NCBI RefSeq assembly: GCF_030144855.1
Contig: NC_082722.1
Coordinates: 19,158,001 to 19,222,000 of the forward strand
Direction: 5' to 3'
Length of the DNA: 64,000 nucleotides
Origin: Hypanus sabinus
Lineage: Eukaryota
This document shows positions 52,701-64,000 of the stretch, piece after piece. The notes under the pieces were generated by a model that did no database searches, had not been told where the DNA came from, and worked only from the letters and a program-made list of their open reading frames with translations. Numbering within the stretch: the first letter of the stretch is position 1; every line of letters begins with the position of its first letter. Made by a program: the position numbers and the translations under genes.

Positions 52701-54662
52701 CGGTGTATTTGCTACTTTCAGACCTTCCAGTTTCCCAAGAATGTGTTCTCCAGTTATGTCTCTAGTTTTGCCCGAGTACGCCGGGATATTACAGACTAAT
52801 GGGTATTACAGATACGTGGGTAATTTATTGGGAGATATTCTAAAGAATAGGATATATAACTAATTAGACAACATTGTTTTGTGCAAGGTAGGCTCCGTCT
52901 AATCAACCTTCAAGAGCTTTCCGAGCGTCTTACCGTGGATCTTCATGAAGAATAACTGTGGATATGGTCAACCTGGATCTTACCAAGAGCTCTGGAAAAG
53001 CTCTGCATGGGATGGTGGGTTGATCAAGAAGCTTCGTTTGGCATTCAGGATGAAGGAGTCAATGGTATCTAACGTTGGCTTCGCGGAGAAGCCAGAGTAT
53101 GTAGCAGATAGTTGTTCTTTGAATCAAGGCTTTTGACAAGTGTTGTGCCACACGACTGTGACAGCTTGCAGCGGGTTATAGACCAGGTGTAAAAATGGGC
53201 TGAAAATAGCAGATAGGATTAAATGAAGGTAATTGTAAGCTGTTGCGCTTTGAGAAGACAAACCAATCTCGGATTTACACAGTGAACGAAACTGCCAGGG
53301 GAGTGTTGAATGTGGGATTGCGCTCGCCTTTCTGTACTTTACTGTCTAACCCCATTAGAATTCACCTTGATCTTGAGAGATCTGTATTTCTCCTCATTTT
53401 CTGTGGTGAAAGAAATATAGAGTTCGCTAATCCTGCATGACAAAAGGTGGAATGACAACTTGCAGTGCATGCGAGAAATGGTCACGATGTTGGAACTAAC
53501 TCGTTTGGAACTGGCTGTTATTCCTCTCTACTTGTTGATGCGGAAATGGAGCATTGTGCAGCTACATACATACTTTTTAATAGAGATTATATACGATTTC
53601 ATATATTTTGCGTCCTCTGTGATGACGAATAGTGTTATCCAACTCCAGCTATTCACATTAGTATGAATAATGTTTCGACTTCTTGCTTGCAAAACAATCC
53701 TAACCATGCTTGTAAAGTAACTCGTTGCATTGAGGGTACCTTCGCGATAATAAGGGTAAAGTCCAAAGGTATCACAAACCTTGGACATTAGTTTAAAATG
53801 GAAGATAGCTGATGAACAGGGCTGGATGAACAGCAGCGGGAAAGAGCCTAGGGAAGTACGATACGATAAATTGAATTACTCTATTATGCGCCTTGAAGCT
53901 GCTACATGAAATGTGATTAATTCTTCTGTTCTTCATAATTCCGAATTGAGAACATCTGGACAGGGGTATATTTAAACGCGGGAAAGAAATGTATTCTCGC
54001 CGTTTGTTTAATCAAGAATAAACATTTCGTTTTATCCTCATCACTAAATTTGATGTAAAATGCTCAGAGATGAAAATATCCAAACAGCCACACTCACCGA
54101 ACACAGTGAGCCTGGAGCCACTTCCTCTCCCGTAAGATTGTTTTTGATACTTTGCCTCACAGTAATACAGTCCGGAGTCGCCGACTGTGACATTCCAGAG
54201 TACAAGTGCTCCCCTTCCCGTTTCTACAGTAAAATGTCTTCTGCTGTCCCCTTTTAAAAATGTCTTGTCGCCGTCCCTCCACCAACGAACGTCAGCAGTA
54301 TCTTGTGATAGTGGAAACATGCAGAACATGGTAACATTCTCACCTCGCAGGACGTTCGGGTCCTTAGGTAATTGAGAGACTTCTCTCGCAGTTACACTGA
54401 CGGCTGCCGGAAAAATAAGCAAGAGTATTAATAACAGTCAAACACAATCAATTAACAAAAAATCAAAGACGTAATTCAGTGGACATCTAATAGATAAAGA
54501 CGACCGAATATCTGAAACACTGGAACCAGATATGCTACGGGCGCCCAGGGTTAAATATTCTATAATAGAATATTCAGTTCGCAAGCGGCAGGAATAAATC
54601 AGCATACTTAGCCAAGTAATAGTCACAAATGCCCTGTACGAAACCGTAAATATCTCCGACAT
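40683..54662 (-). CDS. Gene B (span): apparently intact VJ-C1-TM immunoglobulin-superfamily receptor, 8 coding exons, 313 aa predicted
   Basis: Exons 54608-54662 (55 nt), 54098-54403 (306), 49244-49537 (294), 44294-44398 (105), 44004-44025 (22), 43821-43858 (38), 43612-43655 (44) and 40683-40760 (78) have GT-AG boundaries with compatible phases and sum to 942 nt with no internal stop. The V, C1 and TM exons are secure; the leader and cytoplasmic exons are less so. Confidence 0.8.
40860..41400 (-). mobile_element. Penelope-like element fragment in the last intron of gene B
   Basis: Minus frame IFFHLWRLLPEGINVDF, a pyrimidine-rich tract and a degenerate family tail. Confidence 0.65.
43612..43655 (-). 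CDS. Gene B exon 7, 44-nt cytoplasmic micro-exon (G)GNTNSLDGCQNEDP
   Basis: Long pyrimidine tract tttctttttgatatcttttctgaag|, donor CCG|gtaggt, phase 1 to 0. Confidence 0.55.
43821..43858 (-). CDS. Gene B exon 6, 38-nt cytoplasmic micro-exon LAESQCLLRVAP
   Basis: Acceptor atcactttacag|, donor CAG|gtaaat. Only the phase-2 entry frame is open. Confidence 0.65.
44004..44025 (-). CDS. Gene B exon 5, 22-nt cytoplasmic micro-exon (V)ADPYFK(T)
   Basis: Acceptor ttttttttaatgcag|, donor |gtaaat. Phase 1 to 2 is the conversion needed to read exon 6 without a stop. Confidence 0.65.
44294..44398 (-). CDS. Gene B exon 4, transmembrane exon
   Basis: Acceptor ttctttttcaag|, donor G|gtaaga, phase 1/1. ADTRWILAYAVGGSAILIVIFVIVLLKFKLKRSH is an uncharged hydrophobic run followed by a basic stop-transfer segment. 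Confidence 0.88.
45600..47230 (-). mobile_element. CR1-type LINE fragment (RT region) in the gene B C1-TM intron
   Basis: ORF 45711-46688 (SCLTNLIEFFE, MDFSKAFDKVPH, KYADDTK) and ORF 46712-47203 (KSPGPYGI, NYRSVSL). Confidence 0.93.
47225..48520 (+). mobile_element. 5'-truncated L1-clade LINE 3' fragment
   Basis: ORFs 47473-47832 and 47829-48245 parallel the C-terminus of the 33-37 kb element (CARHALVQFKVVH, CDRC, HMFWSC). Ends are approximate. Confidence 0.85.
48796..48844 (-). pseudogene. Orphan duplicate of the 3' end of the C1 exon with its donor site
   Basis: RVSLTVPVSFSYIPEQ G|gtaagatggtgtctt versus HVSLTVPASSSYILEQ G|gtaagctggtgtctt at 49244. Confidence 0.85.
49244..49537 (-). CDS. 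Gene B exon 3, C1-set Ig domain
   Basis: Acceptor gtttttatttaag|, donor G|gtaagc, phase 1/1. PPTPLKI...KLVCKTAAFYPEKLEIVW...DGLYEASSLL...YTCLVSH carries the C1 hallmarks (C...FYP...W, YxCxVxH). Confidence 0.93.
50950..53300. mobile_element. CR1-type LINE fragments in the gene B V-C1 intron (minus strand to ~52750, plus strand after)
   Basis: Minus-strand relics LGVRVQYS and PKDWKIVNVTPLFTK; plus-strand degenerate RT sequence 52760-53300. Confidence 0.75.
54098..54403 (-). CDS. Gene B exon 2, VJ-type Ig domain
   Basis: Acceptor ttttccggcag|, donor G|gtgagt, phase 1/1. Translation VSVTAREVSQLPKDPNVLRGENVTMFC...VRWW...DSGLYYCEAKYQKQSYGRGSGSRLTVF shows the B-strand Cys, C-strand Trp, DxGxYxC and a J-like GSGSRLTV motif in one exon. 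Confidence 0.93.
54608..54662 (-). CDS. Gene B exon 1, leader (MSEIFTVSYRAFVTITWL + phase 1)
   Basis: ATG at 54662 and donor A|gtatgc give phase 1, matching the V exon. It aligns codon for codon with the gene A leader (ATGTCGG.G...GTTT.GTAC) and lies a similar distance from the V exon. Hydrophobicity is modest. Confidence 0.6.
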
Positions 54663-57600
54663 CTTACAGAAACCGAATCGACTAATTCCTGTAGTTTAAA
54701 AGCAATTGCTGGAGGAAAAGGTCTTCGTGAGGAAATGTATTAATCATGTAAACATGACGTAGCATGACGCCACCACGCTGCAAAATAATATGGTTCAGAA
54801 TTAAGATCTGCTTGGGCTAGGAGGAAAATAAAAACTCTTATAGTTTCAATTTTTTACATGGCTTACCTAGTGCTTTCCTGATAATGCTGGGAATTTTGGC
54901 CTCTTGCTGAATTCAGAATTTTGGCCTTCTGCTGAATTCAGGAATTATCCAAATCTTTATTGAGATATAAATTCAAATATGTACTCTGCTCATTTTGATG
55001 GTAAAGATGCAAATCCGTTTACGAGTTGAACAAATTGTCCAATAGGCGGGCAAAAATAATAACAGCATTTCTTCATTCCAATTTACCTTTGCAGTTTTGC
55101 TCCATTTCAATCATATACCTTCAGTGAAATAGCATCGCGCTGGTGTCTCTAGTAAAGCAGTTGCGCTCTTACGGCCAAAAGTTTTTAAGCTACGACGGGA
55201 AGAGACGGTGTTATATAAATGAGAAGTTTGTTTCTCTTGATAATTTCATTTAGGGATTGGTCATAACGGTTCGACTAGTGAACTACTGCTTAATGTCTGA
55301 ATTGCAAACCAGAAAGGAAATGATGAACGAGACTGATTTGAACAGCAAGTATATTCTCTCGGATGTCTTAATGGACATGTCTCCGGCACAATGTATGACT
55401 TCCGATTCTGAACATTGATGCCTGCTTCTTCACCAATTTTCATGTAACTTAAATCTAAATGTTTCATGGAACAAATGAATATAATGTTAAAACGGTACGA
55501 ATATATTTCAGTGACATATTTCAGGCTGTTTTATTTTTGAAGTAGGCCCCCTCATACTCAGGTTCCTTACTCGCTGCTGTGACCAGCTCGCACAAAGAAT
55601 TCAGCGAAAAGCAGCAGCAAATGCTGTCTGATATAGAAATAGATTCAGGGTATCGGATTTTGATCACATACAGAGAGAGCTTAGAGTTCCAACAGCAAGT
55701 TATTCAGCTTAATGATGACAGAGATTCAAGAGGTACTGCGATAAAATCGATAAAGTGCGCATCGAGAAAGCCTGAAATGATTGATTGCAGTTCCGAGGCA
55801 CCATTTAAAATCCAAGAAGCCCGAGCACTTGCGTTGTGGGAAATGCTGCTCTTTCAAATATATCCTACATTTCCACAGAGTAAACAGGAGACAACAGGGT
55901 AGTTCATCGAGCAAAAAAAGATTAACGTGATACAGGAAAAAAAAAGGATTAGCGCGCTCCCATGTGTCTAACCTGGCAGGGCATAAATTGTTATTCACTT
56001 AATAAATGACAACACTGAATATTCAAACCCATTTTGGGTGGCGATTTAACAGTAGTGAGCTTCCATGTGCTTCTTACGAACGGAGAGAAGTTTCTGATTC
56101 TCATATCAAACGCTTCGCCATTTTGAGCAGTTATGTTTCCGAATTTCCATGAAGCGGTTGGGATGTTATACAGTTTTCACAGAAGCTTGTCACCATTATT
56201 GAATTGCATCTCTTGTCCTCTCAGATCTGAAATCATGAGGCTGCTTGGGGCCTAAAGCTCTTCATAGGTAACACATATTTTGTCTATTGGATCCCACGGG
56301 ATGTAATTAAGGTCTAATCGTTACAGGTTTAGCCAGGAGAGGAAATGGATATTATGAACATTATCCTGCTGTGGATCTGGAGACTAATCTAAAGAGACAG
56401 TATTTTAATGAAAGACAGCTTAATTTTACATTGCAGGCAATTTGCGATGCCGAATACAAAAATCTGTCTGCGTCAGAAAACACAATTTCCAGAAGGTAAG
56501 ATTTCTGTCGAGATTTATGACTTGATCTTCTGATATTCTTTTTTCTCGACACATAAATCCTAAAGATGAGAGCACTGTGATTAGTTCCCCATTAACCGCT
56601 CTCTGTTCTCCATTAGTCCATTCTTCATACTGTGTAAGGATTGAGCTGTAACTTGGACCGATTACTAAGCACTTAAAAACAATTTGAGCACGTTGCGGAT
56701 TTTCGTGTCATTTCTTAGGTAACAATTGAATAAGACTGCGGATACATTTTTAGTTTTAAATGCTTTAGAGATGAATGCTACATCTGTATATTATCAACAG
56801 CATAAATTGGTTCATCGTTAACTGTGGCGAAAAAGCAAGGGATGTATAAGACACTTGTATAAGCAAGGAAAACCTACAGCACAATGCACGAACGGCGGCG
56901 CATAGAGCTGTACCGAACATGTCCTTATATGCCAAGGACGCGGACTGGCGGATTTTCGTGGATTTGGAGACGAGCTAATTCGAGGCCGGTTCGGCTGCCT
57001 GATGGGAGTACAAGGAAGATCGAAAGCAACGAGCGGGCTGCTGGCTGTGAGCCCAGAGACCCGAGTTATTTGGGCACAGAGCTCGGAAAAAGTAAGGCAA
57101 CAGAATTTTAAAGCAAAGAATCAGCAATTTGTCTTGTTATGTCTCCCCTTTCGCTGCGAAATGTGGACAACAATTTTTCCCTTATTAGGGAGAGAGAGAG
57201 AGATCGGTGGTATGTCGAAAACCGGCCGAACGAGTGGCCTTTGGGAAACTGCTCGTCTGTCTTTCTAGATGCTTTCCTGCACGATTGAATGCTCGGTTGG
57301 GGATACAGATGATTTGTTTTTACTGGTGTGTGGAGGGTGGTCGTTGTTTTGCTACTGCTTATGCATGGGAGTGATTAAATGTAGGGGTGGTCTTTGGGTT
57401 TCTAACATTTAACTGTCATTCATTCTTTGGGGCACTGCACTGTTTTGCTGAATGTTTGTGAAGGAAAAGAATTTCAAGATATATATTGCATATATTTCTC
57501 TCATCTTAAATATCCATTTAAACCCTATTGGAATAAAATGAAAGTTTAGATACATTTGAAAAAGTATTTTTCAAATATAGCTCCATAACTAAGTGAAAAG

Positions 57601-60600
57601 AAGATCCTTCAAAGTTTGAATTAATTGCTGTTTGTTGTCATCGTTATGAGATAAGTTAAGTGAAGAGAACGTCGCGATATTTAGACAACATGAAACAGCG
57701 AAAACGATCAGATTTGAAATGATGTAAATGGAAGAAACAGAATTCTGATTTGCTTCATGTGCATTTGCTGGCAGTTTTGTTCGCAATTTCAACACTAAAT
57801 TATTCGTTGGGTAGAGGCACTTTTGCTGAACGGTCGGCTGAAGGAAGATGTAAATGCCACGGCAAAACTCAACATTGTCTCTCCTAAACCCCACTACGGT
57901 TAAATTAAACTAACAACATATTGGACCTGTATTTAGTCATAGCTCTCGTTGCGGATGTTTGCTTCGATTGTTACCATCTCGTCTTCTTTAAAGCATGTAC
58001 ATCTACGTACGTTGCACGTTGCTGTTTTGAATAAACGAAGATGTATTTTTGATAATGAGAAAATGGTGAGCGGCCGAGGCCAACTTGTGATGATCTTTGA
58101 ATGTAAATCATATTGACCACTAGTTCATTATCCTGCAGCTGCAGAGACGCTGGAGTCTGAAAGAAAGTGGTCACGTGTATCTGTATCTCATTGATTGTCC
58201 GCAGAATGCTGTAACCGTAACGTTTGCCTTTTTAAATAAATTTTCTCTTTCTGATTTTCCATTCGGGCTGAAATATGGTTCTACGGTCCATCTCTGGCGC
58301 ACCGAGTAATGCTCGTGCTCATTTTAACATCCAACCTTTCATATGAAGGTTAATGCAATCTATTTTAGGGAGCAGATGAATGCTAAGATCAAAGCAGCCA
58401 ACGTATTGACATACTAGTGTTGCAAATCATTATTTTAAGGATCGCCGACGGTCAAATTGACGTGCTGTTTCTGTGGGTTGTAGATTAGGATGTGTGAATA
58501 ATTGTAAATAAAATTTGGGAAATAAAGTTCGATCAAAAACCTGCCACCTCATACCTAGAAGATTGAAAGGTGGACCTTTTTACCTGGGTATCAGTGTCTT
58601 CCTGATTTGCAGTAACATCGGTCATTCTGGGAATAACCTGAAGGCGAGGTACTCTTGCAACGTTGGAGTCATTATCTGCCTATAAATTTAATTGTGACGC
58701 TATTTATGGATTGAGGAGATTTAGATTTTCCCATTTTCTTTCATTTTGAATTTAAAACTTAGTTTCAGACTCTGAAAGTAAAACAAAGATAATGTTGACT
58801 GTGCAGAAGAGTAAAATGGGTGCACGGCTGAAACCTGTTTTTTTCTGATATGTAGATTAGCAAGCGTTATAGTTAGTGAAATTTCGTAAAAAGCATAGTG
58901 TTTACGTTTCTTTTCACAATGTGAAGTATTTTTAAATCAAAAATATCTGGCAATAAGCGAACATCTGCAAAAAATCCTACAATGATATGCACTCTCCACA
59001 TTTTTGCTCAGTCACTTCAAACTAAGGTGTCATTTGCATTTCCGCCAAACGTTGACAGCAGATTCCAGAGGAAAATTAAAATGTTCAATGCAAATATTTC
59101 GCAAATAATATGTAATGCAGCCAGAAAGGATTCTTTCTGTTCAGCTAAGTTCTAAGATTCTTCAGAATTAACATATTATTTGCTTCGCTTATTGCAGTAC
59201 TTCTGCTCCTGATTCAACAATTTTAGAAACTAAAGAAACCGTTTCATCTCAACAAATAGGTTTGATTCTCGCGTCTTATCAAAGAACTACGCTTACACTT
59301 GAAGGATAGGGGGTACGGGAGAATCCATGAGCCTACCAATGAATATTGTGTAATGATGCAAATCGATTTTTTACCCAAATTATGATCGCCTGAAGTGCAT
59401 TATGAACGTGTGCAGCAGTACCTATTATTCTATTATTGTGTTTTATGTATTAAATCCACCTTCTTCTTTTGTGAATTATATTCCCTGTCACCTAAAGTGT
59501 GTATTTTACGGTGTGAGTTACATTGTGCTTTCAGCTACGTCAGAGGTACTAGTTCCAAAATCTACCTCAATCTCTTTACTTTGTGCATACAGTCGATAGT
59601 GAAGATAAAAATATGACTCACTAGCATGATTCGACCTCCAACATAGTATCACTGAAAGGATTTCTTCATACCTGAGTAGGTATTGTGTGAGTAGCCATTT
59701 AGGGTACCTGGATGACAGTGAGAATCAATTCGGAATTTAATTACTTCGCTTCTGTTCGTCGTAATGAAGCAATAACACCTACCGAGCATTTAGTCGGAGG
59801 AAATTATTTCCTTCTCATTGATCATTGAATAGCGATCATTAAAAATGTTCGTTTCATAATTTCAATTCAGATTCACAATATTATGAAAGCCGTGAATTTT
59901 ATTTATACAGTCCCTAATCATGATGTGGAACACAATACATTTTTTTTTGTTAATATTGGGTTAGGTGCCACATAATCCGATGGAGGGAGAAGCTTTGATA
60001 TAGAATTATTTATTATTTAAATCATAGTTAATTCTGTGATTTATTTATTTTGTAAGATAAAACACAAAGGAACATGTGGCTTCAAATCAATCAATGCATT
60101 TCAAATATAGACAACTTATACTTGAACGTTTCAGTAGAATTCCATTATTCAACTTGTATGCTTCACGTTATTGTTCAAAGTAAACCCAATACAATCCGGT
60201 TCTGCGACTCGCTCATATCATTTAATCGCTAAAGGAACAGCAGGTTGATATTTGAAGGAACCTAAACAGTGCAATGTTTGCTTGAACCTAAATTTTCTCT
60301 TTTGTCTGCACCTTCATTTTCGCATTGTGCTAATCACTTTGTTTTTCATTTTTTTCTCTGTTTTTAAAATATTTCCTTATAATTTCTGTTCTACTTGTTT
60401 CTCCTCTGTTCATTTGTGAACTTCCGAGAATCGCCCGAATACTGCGAGTATCCAATATGATATTTCCTGTTGTCAATTTATTTCTCCCTCATATCTCCAA
60501 AGAAGCAATGCTTCTGAATAAAAAAACTACGGACATTTGATACAGCATGCATTATCTTTCAGCCTCTGTATTAGAGAACTGGAAATCATTTTTCTTCAGC

Positions 60601-63600
60601 AGTGATCAGAATACTATTTAATTACCTCTTTTGATATTTGCTAAAAGACGAAGAATTTGGAACGTTAGCTCTATGGAAATGATCAGAATTTGAAGGAAGA
60701 TAGAAAATAAGCAACCACCCTCGTGAGTTTATGTAATGAAAAAACGATTGTTTTTATTTGTGAAGCAAGGTATTTTGAGTGTAAACCCTGCTTTAAATGC
60801 TTGCATACAGGACAATATGACAATAAAATATGACGAATTTGCTGACCTTTGAAAATCGGTTAAAAATCTGAAGTTGTGAAATAATATGCAGAACATTTGA
60901 AGTTGTTGTGGAAGATAATTTGACAACTACAACTAATGGGCGTTGGCGGAACACAAAACGTTAAGTAAATGGCAGGACAGTACTTTCTAAAAAGGATCAA
61001 TTTCGCAATAAAATGTAGACAAGAGACTTCCGACGCTGGAGCATGGAGCAACACAATAGGCGCTGGCGCAACTCAGCGCGCCAGGCAGCATCGTGGGAGG
61101 GAAATAGACAGTCGACGGTTGGGTCCGAGGCTCTTCATCTGCACTTCATTGTCTGTCCAGGAAATTAGATAGTGGGGAAAATCGAAATTAAACATTCTAA
61201 TCTCCATCCTTGCTCTTCTCCTTTCCGTTTTTCTAACTGATGGAAGTTTGAAATAATTTGTACAAAATTAATTTTTTATTATTTAAATAATTTATATTTT
61301 CACACTTGAAGCCTTATAAAGGATTTAAATACATTAAGAAGAAATGTTTTGTCAAGCCGTTAAGATTAGTAATTGCCTCTCAAGTTACTTCTACGTTTTA
61401 TATGTCCGGGACATTTATACACCCCACCGCCCCAGATACCATCTATAATGGTAAACCCTTATAATGTACATGACCTCATTGTATAGAAAATTCCAAATAT
61501 TCTATGATCTCGAATACGGAGAATTGCTACAGATAATATAGTTGTAATATCTTGTTAAGGTTACTGATGAGTTCTGCTGGGAGACGACTCACCAAATAAT
61601 CAACACAAGTTGAAAAACACAGAAGAAATATAAATGTAGAAGGTTTCGGAAATAACCGATTAGTTTGGCACCTTCGGTGAAGAGAAACGTCTGCTGGGAA
61701 GCTTTCACCATGCAATAAACCCGAAAAAAATCTTAATCTGCCATTTTCTACAGTTGCATCCTGAGTTCACGTGGACTCTAAATTTGCAAAATCTAAGGCA
61801 TTTCCACACTCAACTCACGCACACCAGATACTACAGCTCATATATTACCTTGTTTCTTTCCACTTGTCATTCATAAATATAATGAAACTTCGTGGTCCCA
61901 GAACGAAATCCAAATGGTCGACAATTAGACCAATATTACCATATGAATACATTTTTTTCTGAATATCATCTCTCGAATACTCACGTTCGAACCATTTCAA
62001 CATTAAACTCAAAAACTATCGTCAATTCTCATTTTGTTAATCGACTCTGCTGTGGAACATTTCTGATACGTTTTGACAATGCGATATTAAATAAATGCAT
62101 CATGATAAAATGTCAGTGTCCAAAATTTCAATGTAGTTTTTTTTTACTGAGATTGCGAAGATTTCTTCCGTATTTAAGGTGAAATATTAGAGAACTTTTA
62201 TCCATGCTCCAGATCTCTGCTCTTGTCAGTAGACATTTGACAACACGGTACAACACACTTAATTCGCCATTCAGTATTCTGAGAACTTAAACGGAAAGGG
62301 AATACTATGCATGTATAAATAATTCTTGTCTAGCATTTTTTTATGATTTGTGCTTAGATTCAAACAAAGCAATTTGTCCTTCTCAGTATCTTATCATATC
62401 CTTCGCTGATATCACCTAAGTTCCGAGAGGCAATATTTCTCCTGGCATTGACTTTGTCTATTCGAGTTCTGAAGAACGGACTCGGTTTGAAATGCCGGCT
62501 GTTTATTTATTTCATAGATGCTGCCTGAAGTGCTAAGTTCCTTCAGCATTTGGAGTACTGTATAGCTCTGGACTTTTGGCATCAGCAGAATATTTTGTGT
62601 TTATAAATTTTTTCCTACTTAGGATCACAAGTTGCAATTATTCGATGTTATTAGAAAATAATGGAACATTTTAAACAGGTATTTAACTGATATAAAATAG
62701 TTGATATACATTTGTTGTTTTTGAATGACATATACTGAGTAAAGAAACACATACTTTCGGAAATAGCTTTACAAGTAATTTACTTAAATTAACTTTCTTA
62801 CTTTTCAATTAAGCGCTAAACGCGATAACGTGGGTATCTGCAACTTACTCGCCTGAGGTGGTGAAGCTTTTGAGCACACGGTGTTTCCATGATGTCAGCT
62901 GCTAACTGTGAGTGCAGTCACTTTGCTGTGTGTGCTCTCATTTAGCAAAAACATCTGCACCGGGTGCATCTTGTCTTTGCAAAGTTAGAAAAGATCACTT
63001 TTGAGGATCAGAAATCGCGTTTCACGTGCAAAATAGGTGCCTCTTTCGACAAATAATTTACATATCCATCAAGTCAGAACAAAGGAAAACACAAGTACAC
63101 ATAAACGCAATATTGCACAATAGGTTCTATACATGTGGCATGAACGTTTATTTTGATATATTTTTAAATTCGTTACCATATCTTGATGGAGCACAGCAAA
63201 AAAGTATTTCAAACACGTTCTGATTCTGAGCACTTCAGATAAAATGACAAAACACCTGCTAAATGTTAACAACGTTAAACACACAGAAAAGTTAGGTTAA
63301 CAAAAGGAGTACAAAAGAGAACAGAAACCCTAAGTTCTAGAGTTAAAGTTCGGCATTATTCGCCGTGGAAATGATGCGATCATTGGGAGTTGGAGAATGG
63401 AGTATACCACAAATTAGCCGAGGAATACCACAAATCAGCACTGGGCCTGAACAAAAGGAGGTAAAATCTGGAGGAACCAAAGCACAGAGAGGTTTGAAAG
63501 AATGGATGGCAATGATAAAATCCATGTTTTCTTTCAATGAATGGCGGAGTGGTTCGGTGAGTGCGTGGTTTTCTGATAAACGGGTCGCATAAACAAATCA

Positions 63601-64000
63601 TAACCAGTCACGCAGAATTGTTGAAATTAGTCTTCCATATTGACACGCATTTATAGTCCCCCAGTTATGACCTCTCGGCCAGGAGTGCACGAATAAGCAC
63701 AAAGGCAGACATTTCCTCTGCATCTACTCGGACCGCAATACTCTGTTCGAAACTGTTCAATCTGATTGCCAACCCAGAACAATAGCCAGGGATGTCGACC
63801 AACTATCGCACATTTTCAGTGACAGTATCTAGAAAATTTCTGTATTATAAAGACATTTTCCTTGCCCGGAAACAGAACGTCCCAAAATCTAGATTTCTGT
63901 AACAATACCAACACTATACGAAGGCAGGCATTGGTGAATATACCCTTAACATTCATCTTTCGTTAACTTACTTTCTTCCAAAACTGTGTTGTGTAGTACG

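Noticed and set aside
54102-54108. CACAGTG RSS-like heptamer inside the J-like part of the gene B V exon
   Set aside because: It is simply the L-T-V codons on the other strand, and no nonamer lies at 12 or 23 bp spacing. This gives no evidence for RAG-type rearrangement.
54890-54942. 25-bp tandem duplication (gaattttggcc..tgctgaattca twice) upstream of gene B
   Set aside because: It has only two units and no spacers, so it is an ordinary slippage duplication and not CRISPR-like.
63364-63592. 75-aa ORF with an internal direct repeat (ataccacaaat.agc twice)
   Set aside because: No domain similarity was recognised and no splice context supports it.

Overview
This is eukaryotic, repeat-rich DNA; the repeat families and genes point to a cartilaginous fish, probably a ray (inference). 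Most entries in the ORF track are retroelement fragments or chance frames. The main content is a minus-strand tandem cluster of non-rearranging, antigen-receptor-like immunoglobulin-superfamily genes with the layout leader / germline-joined VJ domain / C1 domain / TM / small cytoplasmic exons. One copy (54662 to 40683) can be hand-spliced from 8 GT-AG exons into an uninterrupted 942-nt CDS (313 aa). A second copy (15119 to about 7434) is a pseudogene with several independent lesions, and a third duplication unit (about 16.6-22.2 kb) keeps only the 3' flank. The rest is a Gypsy LTR element with an inverted RT segment, a near full-length L1-clade LINE with a target-site duplication, several CR1 and Rex1/Babar-like LINE relics, Penelope-like fragments carrying hammerhead-ribozyme-like motifs, small MITEs and a (GA)n microsatellite. 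No rRNA, tRNA or CRISPR features were seen. All exon models were made by eye, without transcript data.
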